From contig DAOORA010000010.1 of assembly GCA_035389045.1 (NCBI GenBank), forward strand, positions 62,001 to 93,076: a stretch of DNA of 31,076 nucleotides, in the 5' to 3' direction. Below, in pieces: positions 7,959-18,851 of the stretch (position 1 is the first letter of the stretch; each line of letters opens with the position of its first letter). Both the position numbers and the translations under genes were made by a program. The notes below the pieces were generated by a model. That model did no database searches. It was not told where the DNA came from and was given only the letters and a program-made list of their open reading frames with translations. This DNA comes from Bacteroidales bacterium. Its GTDB lineage: Bacteria > Bacteroidota > Bacteroidia > Bacteroidales > CAIWKO01.

Positions 7959-10283
7959 ATGAAAAAGCGATTTTTACCTCATTTATTTTTACTGTTTGTT
8001 TTTGTCATTTCCAATAGATGTGCTTATTCTCAGTCTTTTACGTTTGTTCATATTTCTGATATGCATATTTCAGATGGTTCTGGAAATATAGGAAATTATG
8101 ACGATGATGGTGAGCAGTTTCTTTGTAATGCCAGGCAATTTAAACTGTTGAATCCCAAACCGGCCTTTATTGTTGTTTCAGGCGATGTGTCCAATATCGG
8201 ATCAAAAAGTCCCAATGGGATGTACCCTGCACTTACACAGCATCTTTATCCGCAGGGCGGCATAACCAATCCGGCAAACGGCGCCTATTTTATTGACCAG
8301 GACCAGACCATCCCGATTTATTTTGTTTCCGGTAACCATGAATATTATGAATCTATATTACTTGCGCTCGATCAGACAAGTACTCTTACCTATTATCCTG
8401 CACGTATTGCCCCCGATGTGGATTATACTTTTACTTATAATAATGCACAGCTGATCTTTATGAGAACGGGAAGCGACGTTTCCCTGTGGAATTCTCCCGA
8501 AGATGGCGCCGGGATTACGAATTCCCAATGTCAATGGCTCAGGAATGTGCTCAACCCGGCCGGAGGATGGCCGCCACCTGATCGCAGGAAAATTATTATT
8601 ATGCATCATCCGGCGGCCAATGCTGCGGGTACCGAAGTTGATGGAAGTCCTTATACAGGTTATATTTCAGGACCTGCATCCAATTCATTCCGCTACAACA
8701 GGGTGAATTTCCTGAATATTTGTGATTCCAACAATGTAGATGTAACCCTGTCAGGGCATGTGCACCAGTGTGTGGTTGCTGACCGCAATGGCAATGTGGT
8801 GCCTGAAAACTGGGCCGGCGGAACCCGGTATTCACAGATTGCAAATGCTAATGAAGGCAGTTACCGTATCATTACGGTTGATTCAAATTTTGTTACCTTA
8901 AGCCCTCCCATGGTAGTGCCTTCGTCCCTTTGCGGCACCGGGCCCATCATCAGTGGAAGGGTACGTTATGCAGGCAAGGCATATGCCGGAACGTACGGGA
9001 ATTATCCGACATATGACACTGAAAAATATGCTATTAATAAAGTATTGGTGTTACTGAAAAACTATCCTTCAGGGACTGTTGCGGCCAAAGATACTACCGA
9101 TGCTTCCGGATTTTTCCGTTTTAACAATGTTCCGTATGGCAGTTATACGGTTTACTATGATAAAATCACTGCCGACACCATGCAATGGGGAAATGATATA
9201 AATGCCATAGATATCTCGCAGCTTAAGTATTTAATAGCCAGTGATCCCGCAATGGATCCGTCTTTTTATTTCTCAGAAAAATACAAGCGGGCGGCAGATG
9301 TAGATAATAATATGGCACTTAATGCTATTGATGTCTCAAGGATCAAGGCTAAAATAGGATCGCCTTCTTCAGCCGTAAAGAACTTTCCGAAAGGTAACTG
9401 GCCCGCTTATGATTCTGTAGTCAGTATTTCCGGTTCCGACCTGAACCTCAGCCTGCCGGTCATCTGCTACGGCGATTTCAATGCGTCGAGTTTCAAATAT
9501 AAAGACTCTCTGTCAACATGGAGTATGGCCAAATCTATTGAAAATGAGATTATTATGAATTCGGATGAGTATATCACTGCAGGCCAGCCTTCCTGGTTTG
9601 AGGTGCCTTTGCGAATCAGCGATAAGATGAATGAGTTTTCCGCTATGGGGCTCGAACTGCATTATCCTGCTGATGATTACCGTCTGGAGCAAGCATCTAT
9701 GTCAAAGGGCGCAGGTAAAGATATTCCGGTTAAGATCAACCCGACGCTGGAGGAGATCATCGCCAGCGATGACGACCTGCTGGTAACGGATGAACATGGC
9801 GTGGTGAGAGTGGTTTATGCCACCACCAGCCATTTTGACGTGGCAGCCGGCGATGAAATGATGGTGCTCGGTTTTCGTGCCCTACGGAACCCGACTCAGG
9901 GTGAACTTGACTTTAACCTTTCGGGTACAGGTGTATTCGGAAACCGCTATGGTGAAGAGAATGATAATCTGTATCTTCTGAAGCCAAAGATATTTGTTCA
10001 GGGTGATAATCCGGAAGCCGGGTTTGAATTTATGGGATACCCCAACCCGTTTGGTGGTGATGTAAAACTCACGTACTATATTCCGGAACAGGGGAGTGTA
10101 AAAATCGAAGTCTATAACACGATGGGCAGACTGCTGGCCATACTGTTGAATGAGTACCGTGAAAACGGTAAACATACGGTTGAATTTTCGCCCGGTGATT
10201 TGCCCGCAGGGATGTATATTTTCCGGTTCGAATATAACGGACAGAATCTGTCTAAAAGTTTGACTTTAAAGATGTTACATTAA
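7959..10283 (+). CDS. Metallophosphoesterase + SdrD-B-like domain + dockerin-like repeat + cohesin-like domain + T9SS type A CTD
   Basis: Start moved to MKKRFLPHLFLL...AYS-Q (signal peptide); motifs SDMH, SGD, GNHE, MHHP, GHVH; paired Ca-loop/helix repeats NDINAIDISQLK and ADVDNNMALNAIDVSRIK; FEVPLRI...FSAMGLELHYP (cohesin-like); YPNP...VYNTMGR...GMYIF...LKMLH. Confidence 0.88.
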   Translation: MKKRFLPHLFLLFVFVISNRCAYSQSFTFVHISDMHISDGSGNIGNYDDDGEQFLCNARQFKLLNPKPAFIVVSGDVSNIGSKSPNGMYPALTQHLYPQGGITNPANGAYFIDQDQTIPIYFVSGNHEYYESILLALDQTSTLTYYPARIAPDVDYTFTYNNAQLIFMRTGSDVSLWNSPEDGAGITNSQCQWLRNVLNPAGGWPPPDRRKIIIMHHPAANAAGTEVDGSPYTGYISGPASNSFRYNRVNFLNICDSNNVDVTLSGHVHQCVVADRNGNVVPENWAGGTRYSQIANANEGSYRIITVDSNFVTLSPPMVVPSSLCGTGPIISGRVRYAGKAYAGTYGNYPTYDTEKYAINKVLVLLKNYPSGTVAAKDTTDASGFFRFNNVPYGSYTVYYDKITADTMQWGNDINAIDISQLKYLIASDPAMDPSFYFSEKYKRAADVDNNMALNAIDVSRIKAKIGSPSSAVKNFPKGNWPAYDSVVSISGSDLNLSLPVICYGDFNASSFKYKDSLSTWSMAKSIENEIIMNSDEYITAGQPSWFEVPLRISDKMNEFSAMGLELHYPADDYRLEQASMSKGAGKDIPVKINPTLEEIIASDDDLLVTDEHGVVRVVYATTSHFDVAAGDEMMVLGFRALRNPTQGELDFNLSGTGVFGNRYGEENDNLYLLKPKIFVQGDNPEAGFEFMGYPNPFGGDVKLTYYIPEQGSVKIEVYNTMGRLLAILLNEYRENGKHTVEFSPGDLPAGMYIFRFEYNGQNLSKSLTLKMLH

Positions 10284-10646
10284 CCCTATCAAACTTGTGA
10301 GTTATTGGAATGACGAGTGGTTTTTATTTGCTCAGACCGAGGTAACAGACCTTAAACAACTTTTTTAAGCACTTGAATAACTGATATCTCCCGTTGTGCG
10401 GGTTTTGTGCTACATGCCCTCCTGCGGAGTAACTTCGACAACAACGCACATAAAAATAATCCCTTTTTCCCGATTCCTTCAAAATAGTATAGTAACTTTG
10501 ATTTCATCATTAATTATGATACCAGCACATACTTATTTAAAATTGATGAATATGCGTGATTATGTGATACTAATAAACAAGGTATGCAAGCCTGGCCATA
10601 AAATTCCACGGATACAAAATATAGTTTTCAGCCCATTTTTTAATAT

Positions 10647-11198
10647 ATGATTACCAGACAAAATATTTATTCACTCTTAATATGCACTATTATGACAGGA
10701 TTATTTTCTTGCGCTACTATTCCTAAGGGGGCAGTAGCGGTAAAACCTTTTAATAAAGAAAGATATCTTGGTAAATGGTATGAGATTGCCAGAAAAGATT
10801 TTAAATATGAACGGGATTTGAGTAATACCACAGCAGCATACTCTTTAAACAACAACGGAACTATAAAGGTTGACAATCAAGGATATAATACAAAAAAAGG
10901 AGAATGGACTCAGGCAATTGGTAAGGCAAAGTTTGTTGGAGAAGACCATATCGCTATGCTTAAAGTATCATTCTTTGGACCCTTTTATTCCGGGTACAAT
11001 GTAATCGCCATTGATGATGAGTACAGATATGCTCTGGTTGCCGGAAAAAGTCTCAAGTATTTATGGATTTTGTCCCGCGAGACTAACATACCTGTGGAGA
11101 TAAAAGATAAATATCTTAAGATTGCCGAAGAAATCGGATATGATACAGCAGATCTGATATGGGTTGAGCACGGCAAGCAGAAATATCGGCAGCCCTAA
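10647..11198 (+). CDS. blc: Bacterial lipocalin, outer-membrane lipoprotein
   Basis: Lipobox LFSC; YLGKWYEIAR, LKVSFFGPF and YLWILSR lipocalin motifs; TAACTTTG -7 box at 10493-10500. Confidence 0.92.
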   Translation: MITRQNIYSLLICTIMTGLFSCATIPKGAVAVKPFNKERYLGKWYEIARKDFKYERDLSNTTAAYSLNNNGTIKVDNQGYNTKKGEWTQAIGKAKFVGEDHIAMLKVSFFGPFYSGYNVIAIDDEYRYALVAGKSLKYLWILSRETNIPVEIKDKYLKIAEEIGYDTADLIWVEHGKQKYRQP

Positions 11199-11342
11199 GG
11201 GTGCCACCTATAAGTTGTAGTAATGATAAAGTTTTCAAGATTTTTTCAAACCATTAGCCACACAAGCAATAGTGTCCGCTACAAGGTGCTAACAATACAT
11301 TGTTAATTGTTCCGCCGTTCAGACAAAACACGATCCACCAGT

Positions 11343-14300
11343 TCAGATCCACCTCATCAGGCTGAAATCCTGACGGTGGGCGAGCAGGTTATTTTTAGGG
11401 AACAATCTGAATGCATAATCAAATACGCCTATCCTGTCCGTGGGCATTTCGATAGTAAAGGTCACCATGTTGTGATGGGTTTCGGTGATTTTTAATTCGT
11501 GTCTGTAAATGATTTTATTTACGACATCATTTACTTTTTGCCCCATGACCATTTCGATACCCACATCGTTTTTGTTCAGTTCGTTTAATTTAAGTTTTAT
11601 CTCCGCATGAAATTTTTCGCCCAGTCCCAGGGGCTTTTTATTTGAATCAATGGTGGTTACGGAGACAACTTCGATGCTTTCCCACGCCCTGAGGATTTTT
11701 TGTTTCCAGGATGCCAGTTTACGGGCATTCAGGTAATTATCATGATTTATCAGCATTATTCGCTTATAAAGCGGGTTGTAGAATTTGCTCCGGTAATCGT
11801 CAAGCATACGTTTTGTCGTGTACTCGGGCGCAATATGTGCAATGGTATTCTTGATTTTCTGCACCCATTTTACCGGAACATTATTCTTGTTGCGGTTATA
11901 AAACATCGGAGCTATTTCGTTTTCAAGGATGTTGTAAATAGTCACTGCGTCAAGAGCATCCTGTGCATCCTGGTTCTGATACGTACGTTCTTCTTTCAGC
12001 GCCCAGCCGGCTTCAGGAAGGTATCCTTCCGCCCACCATCCGTCGAGTACACTGAAATTGATGATCCCGTTCATAACGGCCTTCTCTCCGCTGGTTCCTG
12101 AAGCTTCCAGCGGCCGGGTGGGGGTGTTAAGCCAGATATCGACGCCCTGTACCAGTTTTTTTCCTAATTCAATGTCATAGTTTTCAACGAGCAGGATTTT
12201 GCCGACAAACTCCGGCATAGTGGATATCTCGTATATCTTGGTGATAAGTTTTTGTCCTTCAATATCTTTGGGATGGGCTTTTCCGGCATAGACAAATTGT
12301 ACAGGATATTTTGTATTGTTCAGTATTCTGGAAAGACGTTCCAGGTTCGAAAAGATCATGTTTGCCCTTTTATAGGTTGCGAAGCGGCGGGCGAAGCCAA
12401 TGGTAAGGACCTGGTCGTCGATGGTTTCCGAAACTTTGAAAATCTGCTGAGGGTTATTCTGCCTCAGAGTCATTTCATTCATCAGTCTTTTACGAAGGAA
12501 ATCGATGAGTTCGGCTCTTTGTTGCTGACGAATATCCCAGATCGTTTCATCGGGAACGTCAAAGATTTTTTTCCAGTAACTATGATTGGAAAGGTCATTG
12601 ACATACTTGGGGTCAAAAGTCGCATCATATAATTGTTTCCAACGCTTGGCCACCCATGTCGGGAAATGTACTCCGTTGGTCACATAACCGATATGCAGCT
12701 CTTCGGGAAAATAGCCGGGATACATCTGTGATAAGATGTTGCAGGTTACTTTTCCGTGAATTCTGCTCACACCATTGGTTTCGGCAGATAAAGTCGCTGC
12801 CAGTATACTCATGCTGAACTTTTCGTTTGGATCGTTTTCGTTGGCCTTTCCCAGGTTCATGAACGTCTCCCAGCTTATTTTCAGGCGGTCGGCATAATGA
12901 GGCATATAGGTCCTCAGCAAGTCTTCGCTGAAAAGGTCGTGACCGGCAGGAACTGCCGTATGTGTCGTGAACAGTGAAGACGCTTTCACTACCTCCACAG
13001 CTTCGTTGAAGGTGAGGTTTTCTTCCTGGACATATTTCCGGAGTCTTTCGATGCCCATGAAGGCGGCATGGCCTTCGTTACAATGATAGATGTCGGGTTT
13101 GATGCCAACAATATCCAGCAGTCTTATTCCGCCAATACCGAGCAGCAATTCCTGTTTGAACCGGAGATCGGTACCATCGCCATACAGGCAATGAGTGATG
13201 ATTTTATCTTCAGGCAGATTCTCTTCAATATCCGTATCGAGCAGGTACAATGAAGCCCTGCCGACATCAACACGCCAAACCTTCGCTGTAATAGTTCTTC
13301 CCGGAGCAGCAATATGTACTTTTAACCAGGTGCTCGATTTATCATCATCCGTCTGTTTTTTCCGGACCGGAATCAGCGGTAAATGCGAATATTTCTGAGG
13401 ATGATAGCAGGCAATCTGGTCACCAAGTAAAGAAATATTCTGGTCAAAATATCCGTAACGGTACAACAGGCTCACACCCACGATGTTGGCATTTGAATCG
13501 CTGGCCTGTTTCAGATAATCTCCTGCCAGTATGCCTAATCCGCCCGAGTAGGTTTTCAGCGAATGGTGCAACCCAAATTCCATGCTGAAATAGGCAACCT
13601 GTTCTTTTGGTTTTTTGGGGCCGTAGGCTAAATAATCGGTAAATTGTTTAAAAACGGAATCCAGTTTTTTTCGGAAATCTTTGTCATTCACCAGCTTATG
13701 ATAATCTTCTAAAGAGAGTGATTCCAGGAGTGTAATGGGGTTTTGCCGGCATTCTTCCCATAATTCCGGGTTGATCATCTCAAAAAGCTCAATGGCTTCT
13801 GAATTCCACGTCCACCAGAGGTTTTGTGTGAGTTTGTAGAGCGGCGAGAGTTTTTCGATGATACTGGGACGGACAAGGATCTTGTTCCAATTGGGTATCA
13901 GTTGTTTAGGAGGCTTGATCTCGAATTGTATCGACTGGGATTTGGTTTTATATAATTCATAGCGCGAAAGGGATTTCTGAAGGGCGATGTCGTAAGCATC
14001 ATAATAGTTCTCCACCAGTTTGCTCCATAATGCTTTTCGCGATAATTCATAAGCGCTTGCCCGTGCAGCTTCTTTTTCTTCATCAGAGCTGTTGACAAAT
14101 CCGAGGATTCTTTGCGTGATCATGGCGGTAACATGCTCGTCATTCTCATCGTTACGGTCAATAACGGTGACGAATTTTTCCGGGTCGGGTGATTGTGAGA
14201 GTGCCCAGAGGCCGAATCCGGCAAGCGTGGTAGTGATAGTCGGTATATGAAAGGCAATGCTTTCCAGAGGTGTATACCCCCACGGTTCATAATAAGATGG

Positions 14301-15608
14301 GAAAACAGTCATATCGAAGCCAATGAGAAAATCATAATATCCCAGGTCAACAATACCATCTTTTCCGTCAAGATAACAGGGCACAATGATAATTTTCACT
14401 TTATCGGTGGGTGCATTATTCAGATTGTTACCTTTTATACGCTGGATCATCGGATCATCATGATAATTGTTCAGGATGTGCGTGCAGAATTCTCCGGTTA
14501 CCGCTTCGTTGAAGTCGGGCTGAAGCATACGGCTGGCGAGGTTGGGCAAAGGTCCGCCATGGTCGGCGGGTATCGTTATGAAGGCAACAATATCATGAGT
14601 CAATGATGCGTCCTTATTCAATTGACCCAGGGCATCTATGTACAGATCAATACCCTTGTTATGGAACTCGTACCGTCCGCTGTTAAGCAGGTACAGTGCA
14701 TTATCACTCAAAGGCTGGTTGGTGAGGCCTTCGGTGATCTTTTTTATGGTTTCACGGGCGAGGTGCCTTTTTTCATCGAAATTTGAATTCGTAACCACCA
14801 CAGCATCATCGAATCCGTTGGGAGTGACCAGGTCTACCTCTTTATCCAGAAAATGTGCACATTCATTGGCCGTGATATCACTAACTGTGGTAAAACAATC
14901 GGTGTATTTTGCCGCACTTTTTTCGAGGGAAAATTTCGAAATAACCCCCAATGTTTTTGCCAGTGACTCGCTTTCATAATCCTGGAGTCTGCTGTACAGC
15001 GGCATGCCGTTTCCGGCAATGCATCTTCCAAGTACAGTAGCATGGGTGGTAAATACAGTAGCGATCTGAGGCGTATTGTCCTTAAGCGGAAGCACTCCGG
15101 CTCCGGTGAGCCATTCGTGAAAATGGGCGACAATATGGTCACTGGCTACGACATGATAATCGTAAAAGCTGCGGATGACCACCGATGCGGCGATACCGAA
15201 GAGGGCGGGCTCTATGTAATCCCATTGTCCGTAAATGGAATCAACCTGGTATTTTTCCCACAGTCGGGATAGTATTTCATTTTTTGTGGCAAAATATTGT
15301 GTGAAATCCACCAGGATGACCACGGGTTTACCTGCAATGTTCCAGTTTCCGATCTTAAATTTCAATCCTTTGCTCTCCGCGTCTTCCCTCCAGGATCTGT
15401 AAAGGAATTTGTCTTCAATAAAGTCGGGGTTTTCACGTGTTTCCTTCCAAACATCGGGCCCGATCAGAATGTAATTATTTTTCAGTGTCTCAGCAATGCC
15501 GGCAGCTTTGCTGGCGATTACCGTATAAATCCCGCCTACTTTGTTGCATACTTCCCAGCTTACTTCAAAAAGATAATCGGGCATTAAAAGATTTTTGCTA
15601 TCAGTCAT
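11343..15608 (-). CDS. glgP: Fused glycogen synthase-like glycosyltransferase (GT3) and alpha-glucan/glycogen phosphorylase (GT35)
   Basis: N-part: FEVSWEVCNKVGGIYTV, HFHEW, FTTHAT, GRYEFHNKG, FPSYYEPWGYTP. C-part: YFSMEFG, YSGGLGILAGD, HCNEGH, GFARRFATYKR, EASGTSGEK (PLP lysine). ATG 15608 preferred because the track's TTG at 15635 is part of a TAATTTTG -7 box (15633-15640). Confidence 0.93.
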   Translation of the reverse strand: MTDSKNLLMPDYLFEVSWEVCNKVGGIYTVIASKAAGIAETLKNNYILIGPDVWKETRENPDFIEDKFLYRSWREDAESKGLKFKIGNWNIAGKPVVILVDFTQYFATKNEILSRLWEKYQVDSIYGQWDYIEPALFGIAASVVIRSFYDYHVVASDHIVAHFHEWLTGAGVLPLKDNTPQIATVFTTHATVLGRCIAGNGMPLYSRLQDYESESLAKTLGVISKFSLEKSAAKYTDCFTTVSDITANECAHFLDKEVDLVTPNGFDDAVVVTNSNFDEKRHLARETIKKITEGLTNQPLSDNALYLLNSGRYEFHNKGIDLYIDALGQLNKDASLTHDIVAFITIPADHGGPLPNLASRMLQPDFNEAVTGEFCTHILNNYHDDPMIQRIKGNNLNNAPTDKVKIIIVPCYLDGKDGIVDLGYYDFLIGFDMTVFPSYYEPWGYTPLESIAFHIPTITTTLAGFGLWALSQSPDPEKFVTVIDRNDENDEHVTAMITQRILGFVNSSDEEKEAARASAYELSRKALWSKLVENYYDAYDIALQKSLSRYELYKTKSQSIQFEIKPPKQLIPNWNKILVRPSIIEKLSPLYKLTQNLWWTWNSEAIELFEMINPELWEECRQNPITLLESLSLEDYHKLVNDKDFRKKLDSVFKQFTDYLAYGPKKPKEQVAYFSMEFGLHHSLKTYSGGLGILAGDYLKQASDSNANIVGVSLLYRYGYFDQNISLLGDQIACYHPQKYSHLPLIPVRKKQTDDDKSSTWLKVHIAAPGRTITAKVWRVDVGRASLYLLDTDIEENLPEDKIITHCLYGDGTDLRFKQELLLGIGGIRLLDIVGIKPDIYHCNEGHAAFMGIERLRKYVQEENLTFNEAVEVVKASSLFTTHTAVPAGHDLFSEDLLRTYMPHYADRLKISWETFMNLGKANENDPNEKFSMSILAATLSAETNGVSRIHGKVTCNILSQMYPGYFPEELHIGYVTNGVHFPTWVAKRWKQLYDATFDPKYVNDLSNHSYWKKIFDVPDETIWDIRQQQRAELIDFLRKRLMNEMTLRQNNPQQIFKVSETIDDQVLTIGFARRFATYKRANMIFSNLERLSRILNNTKYPVQFVYAGKAHPKDIEGQKLITKIYEISTMPEFVGKILLVENYDIELGKKLVQGVDIWLNTPTRPLEASGTSGEKAVMNGIINFSVLDGWWAEGYLPEAGWALKEERTYQNQDAQDALDAVTIYNILENEIAPMFYNRNKNNVPVKWVQKIKNTIAHIAPEYTTKRMLDDYRSKFYNPLYKRIMLINHDNYLNARKLASWKQKILRAWESIEVVSVTTIDSNKKPLGLGEKFHAEIKLKLNELNKNDVGIEMVMGQKVNDVVNKIIYRHELKITETHHNMVTFTIEMPTDRIGVFDYAFRLFPKNNLLAHRQDFSLMRWI

Positions 15609-15801
15609 AAATATAAATTTTTTTGAGAGGGGCAAAATTACTGTTTTTTTAGCTTTGTCATGTGAATTAAATTGTTGTTTATATCCCGCTGAAGAATTGA
15701 ATTATTTTGTATACCGGTCAGGATGTTTCTTTCTGTTTTTTTCATAAAAACCTCAAAACATTCAATAAAAATCATTTAATTTGTACAATAAAAAATTTGC
15801 G

Positions 15802-16269
15802 ATGATCACATTAAAAAAGGGCGATAAGGCTCCTGATTTTTCGGGTTATGATCAGGATGGTAACAGATTGAGCCTGAAAAGTTTTTACGGTAAAAAAGTA
15901 GTTTTGTATTTTTATCCAAAGGATAACACCCCAGGTTGTACAGCCGAGGCCTGCAACCTGCGCGATAATTACAGTATGCTGCTTGACAAGGGTTATGCAA
16001 TTATTGGTGTCAGCGCCGATAGCCCAAAATCGCATAAAAATTTTATTGCAAAATATGATCTGCCATTCCCTTTGATTGCCGATACCGACATCACTATATG
16101 CCGGATTTACGGAGTCTGGGGACCGAAAAAATTTATGGGACGTACCTTTGACGGCATCAACCGCACCACATTCCTTATTTCTGAAGAGGGGGTTATCGAG
16201 GCCGTTATCACTAAAGTAAAGACAGGCGATCACACGATGCAAATCTTAAATGAACTGAATAATAAATAA
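15802..16269 (+). CDS. bcp: Thioredoxin-dependent thiol peroxidase (BCP/PrxQ)
   Basis: GDKAPDF...LYFYPKDNTPGCTAEAC peroxiredoxin BCP motif; ATG 15802 preferred over TTG 15781. Confidence 0.95.
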   Translation: MITLKKGDKAPDFSGYDQDGNRLSLKSFYGKKVVLYFYPKDNTPGCTAEACNLRDNYSMLLDKGYAIIGVSADSPKSHKNFIAKYDLPFPLIADTDITICRIYGVWGPKKFMGRTFDGINRTTFLISEEGVIEAVITKVKTGDHTMQILNELNNK

Positions 16270-16287
16270 TATTAAATCTTATACATT

Positions 16288-17307
16288 ATGGCAAAAGAAA
16301 CAGTAGACAAGAAGGAAGAAAACTTAAATAAGGAAAAGCTGAAAGTGCTGCAGCTTACGCTCGATAAAATCGAAAAATCGTATGGCAAAGGCGCTATTAT
16401 GAAATTGGGAGACCATCCGACAGAAGATATTGAATATATATCAACCGGCTCCATAGGTGTTGATGTTGCACTTGGGGTTGGCGGCTTTCCCAAAGGCAGG
16501 GTTATTGAGATATACGGTCCTGAATCATCAGGAAAAACAACGCTGGCGCTTCATGCTATAGCGGAGTCACAAAAAAAAGGCGGTATAGCTGCCTTTATTG
16601 ATGCGGAACATGCGTTCGACAGTTCCTATGCCCGCAAGTTAGGCGTTGACATCGAAAACCTGCTCATCTCTCAGCCTGATAACGGGGAACAGGCGCTTGA
16701 GATCACTGAAAACCTGATACGTTCCGGAGCCATCGACATCATCGTGATTGATTCGGTAGCTGCCTTGACACCCAAAAGTGAGATTGAAGGCGAAATGGGT
16801 GATTCGAAAATGGGTTTGCAGGCAAGACTGATGTCGCAGGCCTTGCGGAAGCTGACGGCTACCATAAGTAAAACACGCTGTTGCTGCATCTTCATTAATC
16901 AGTTACGCGAAAAGATAGGTGTCATGTTTGGAAACCCTGAAACCACCACAGGCGGTAATGCTTTGAAATTCTATGCCTCTGTGCGTGTAGACATTCGCAA
17001 AGTTTCCCAGATAAAAGAAGGCGACAGCGTTACCGGAAACCGCGTACGGGTGAAGATTGTGAAAAACAAAGTGGCTCCGCCCTTCAGAACTGCTGAGGTG
17101 GACATCATTTATGGCGAGGGATTCTCTAAAATGGGTGAAATAGTTGATCTGGGTGTGGAGAAGGAAATAGTCAAGAAAAGCGGTTCCTGGTTCAGTTATA
17201 ACGAGACCAAGCTCGGACAGGGCAGGGATGCGGTAAAACAGTTACTGCTCGATAACCCCGAACTGTGTGATGAAATAGAAGCCAGAATCAGGGAAAAACT
17301 AAAATAA
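16288..17307 (+). CDS. recA: Recombinase RecA
   Basis: [12 protein letters not shown]alker [44 protein letters not shown]. Confidence 0.99.
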   Translation: MAKETVDKKEENLNKEKLKVLQLTLDKIEKSYGKGAIMKLGDHPTEDIEYISTGSIGVDVALGVGGFPKGRVIEIYGPESSGKTTLALHAIAESQKKGGIAAFIDAEHAFDSSYARKLGVDIENLLISQPDNGEQALEITENLIRSGAIDIIVIDSVAALTPKSEIEGEMGDSKMGLQARLMSQALRKLTATISKTRCCCIFINQLREKIGVMFGNPETTTGGNALKFYASVRVDIRKVSQIKEGDSVTGNRVRVKIVKNKVAPPFRTAEVDIIYGEGFSKMGEIVDLGVEKEIVKKSGSWFSYNETKLGQGRDAVKQLLLDNPELCDEIEARIREKLK

Positions 17308-17570
17308 TTTTTTTGCGGACATAAACCGGAGTTGAAACTCACGGTACTGGTTTAAGAGGGTATGCAACATATCGGAATTTACGGTAATTATCTGTTAGTC
17401 AATTATATATGTGTGAAATGACTTTGTTTTACGGTTAGGTAAATATTGCAAAACGCCATCATGCATAGGCAGGTTGGTTCAACACTTATTTGAAAAAAAT
17501 TTGCTCTAAAAACCTGAATGGCAGGATGTTATTCCAATACAAATAATTTAAATTTTCAAACTATTCTTCA

Positions 17571-18593
17571 ATGAAAAACATGCTGAACATTGTCCTGACG
17601 TTGTTAATGTTTATGATTTTTGCATGTGGAAACAATCATAAGCCGGGCATGGCGGATGCAGGTACAGACTCGTTACCCTCCGACCTGACCGGTATTACAG
17701 GAAAAATCAACGCAGACCCCAAAAATGCTGAGCTGTATAACCAGCGGGCGCTTTTGTATCTCGAAAAAAATGATCCGGATAAAGCCCTGAAGGATATTAA
17801 CAAAGCCATCACTATAAATCCTGAAAATTCTTTGTATCTGAGAACATTGTCCGACATTTTTTTTGCAACAGGCAAGATAAAGAATTGTGAGGATGCCCTC
17901 AAAAAGGCCTGCGAAATTAATCCTGACGATGCCGAAGCGGTGCTGAAACTGGCCGAACTTTCCTTTTATATGAAAGACTATAAAAAGACTTTTGAATATA
18001 CAGACAAAGCGCAGAAAATGGACAAGTTAAATGCCAGGGCTGATTTTATCAGGGGTATGGTGCACAAAGATATGGGCGATACGGCAAAAGCTGTCCGAAG
18101 TTTTCAGATAACGGTTGAAAAAGATCCTGAATATTTCCATGCCTATATGCAACTCGGACTTATGTATGCTGCAAAACACAGCAAACTGGCCATTGATTAT
18201 TTTAATAATGCCCTGAATATCAACCCACAAAGTATGGAGGCCTTGTATTCTCTGGCATTGTTTTATCAGGATAACGGTGAGTACAACAAGGCCATTGAAA
18301 AATATACCACCCTGCTCAAAATTGATCCTAAATACAAATATGCACACTATAACCTGGGGTATATCCACCTGGTTTATCTTCAGGTGTATGATGTGGCCGT
18401 AAAACATTTTACCGACGCCATCAATGCGGATCCTAACTATGCCGAAGCCTATTACAACCGGGGTTATTGCTATGAACTTTTAGGCAATGTGATGTATGCC
18501 CGCAGCGATTATCAGCAGGCGCTGAAAATCAAAGTTAATTATCAGAAAGCCGTTGATGGGCTGAACCGTATAGACAAACTGATGAAGATGTAA
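17571..18593 (+). CDS. Tetratricopeptide-repeat lipoprotein
   Basis: Lipobox IFAC; serial TPR units (e.g. AYMQLGLMY...FNNALNINP, AYYNRGYCYELLG). Confidence 0.9.
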   Translation: MKNMLNIVLTLLMFMIFACGNNHKPGMADAGTDSLPSDLTGITGKINADPKNAELYNQRALLYLEKNDPDKALKDINKAITINPENSLYLRTLSDIFFATGKIKNCEDALKKACEINPDDAEAVLKLAELSFYMKDYKKTFEYTDKAQKMDKLNARADFIRGMVHKDMGDTAKAVRSFQITVEKDPEYFHAYMQLGLMYAAKHSKLAIDYFNNALNINPQSMEALYSLALFYQDNGEYNKAIEKYTTLLKIDPKYKYAHYNLGYIHLVYLQVYDVAVKHFTDAINADPNYAEAYYNRGYCYELLGNVMYARSDYQQALKIKVNYQKAVDGLNRIDKLMKM

Positions 18594-18851
18594 ACTTTTT
18601 TAATGTGTTCAATATTATTGAGTTAAGAAAACGTTTTGAATTGATAAATGCATATCGAATTATCCTATATTAAGACGGGGTTAATTTGTTTGCTTTTAAT
18701 CCCAAAGGGCAATTTGATTTTCAAAACCGGCCTGACCGGCTGGGTAGGGCAGGCACTTTGTGTACAGCGTGATGTTGAAATCAATGTTATAATATAGGGA
18801 AAAATCAAAATACGTAATAAAAGACAAGAGTTTCTGACTAAAAATCATACC

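Noticed and set aside
10396..10650. 84-aa ORF upstream of blc
   Set aside because: No recognisable motif, GTG start, and it spans the probable blc promoter.
10380..11340. blc as an integron gene cassette with attC sites
   Set aside because: Only scattered GTT/AAC-type half-sites; I could not build a convincing attC hairpin and there is no integrase.
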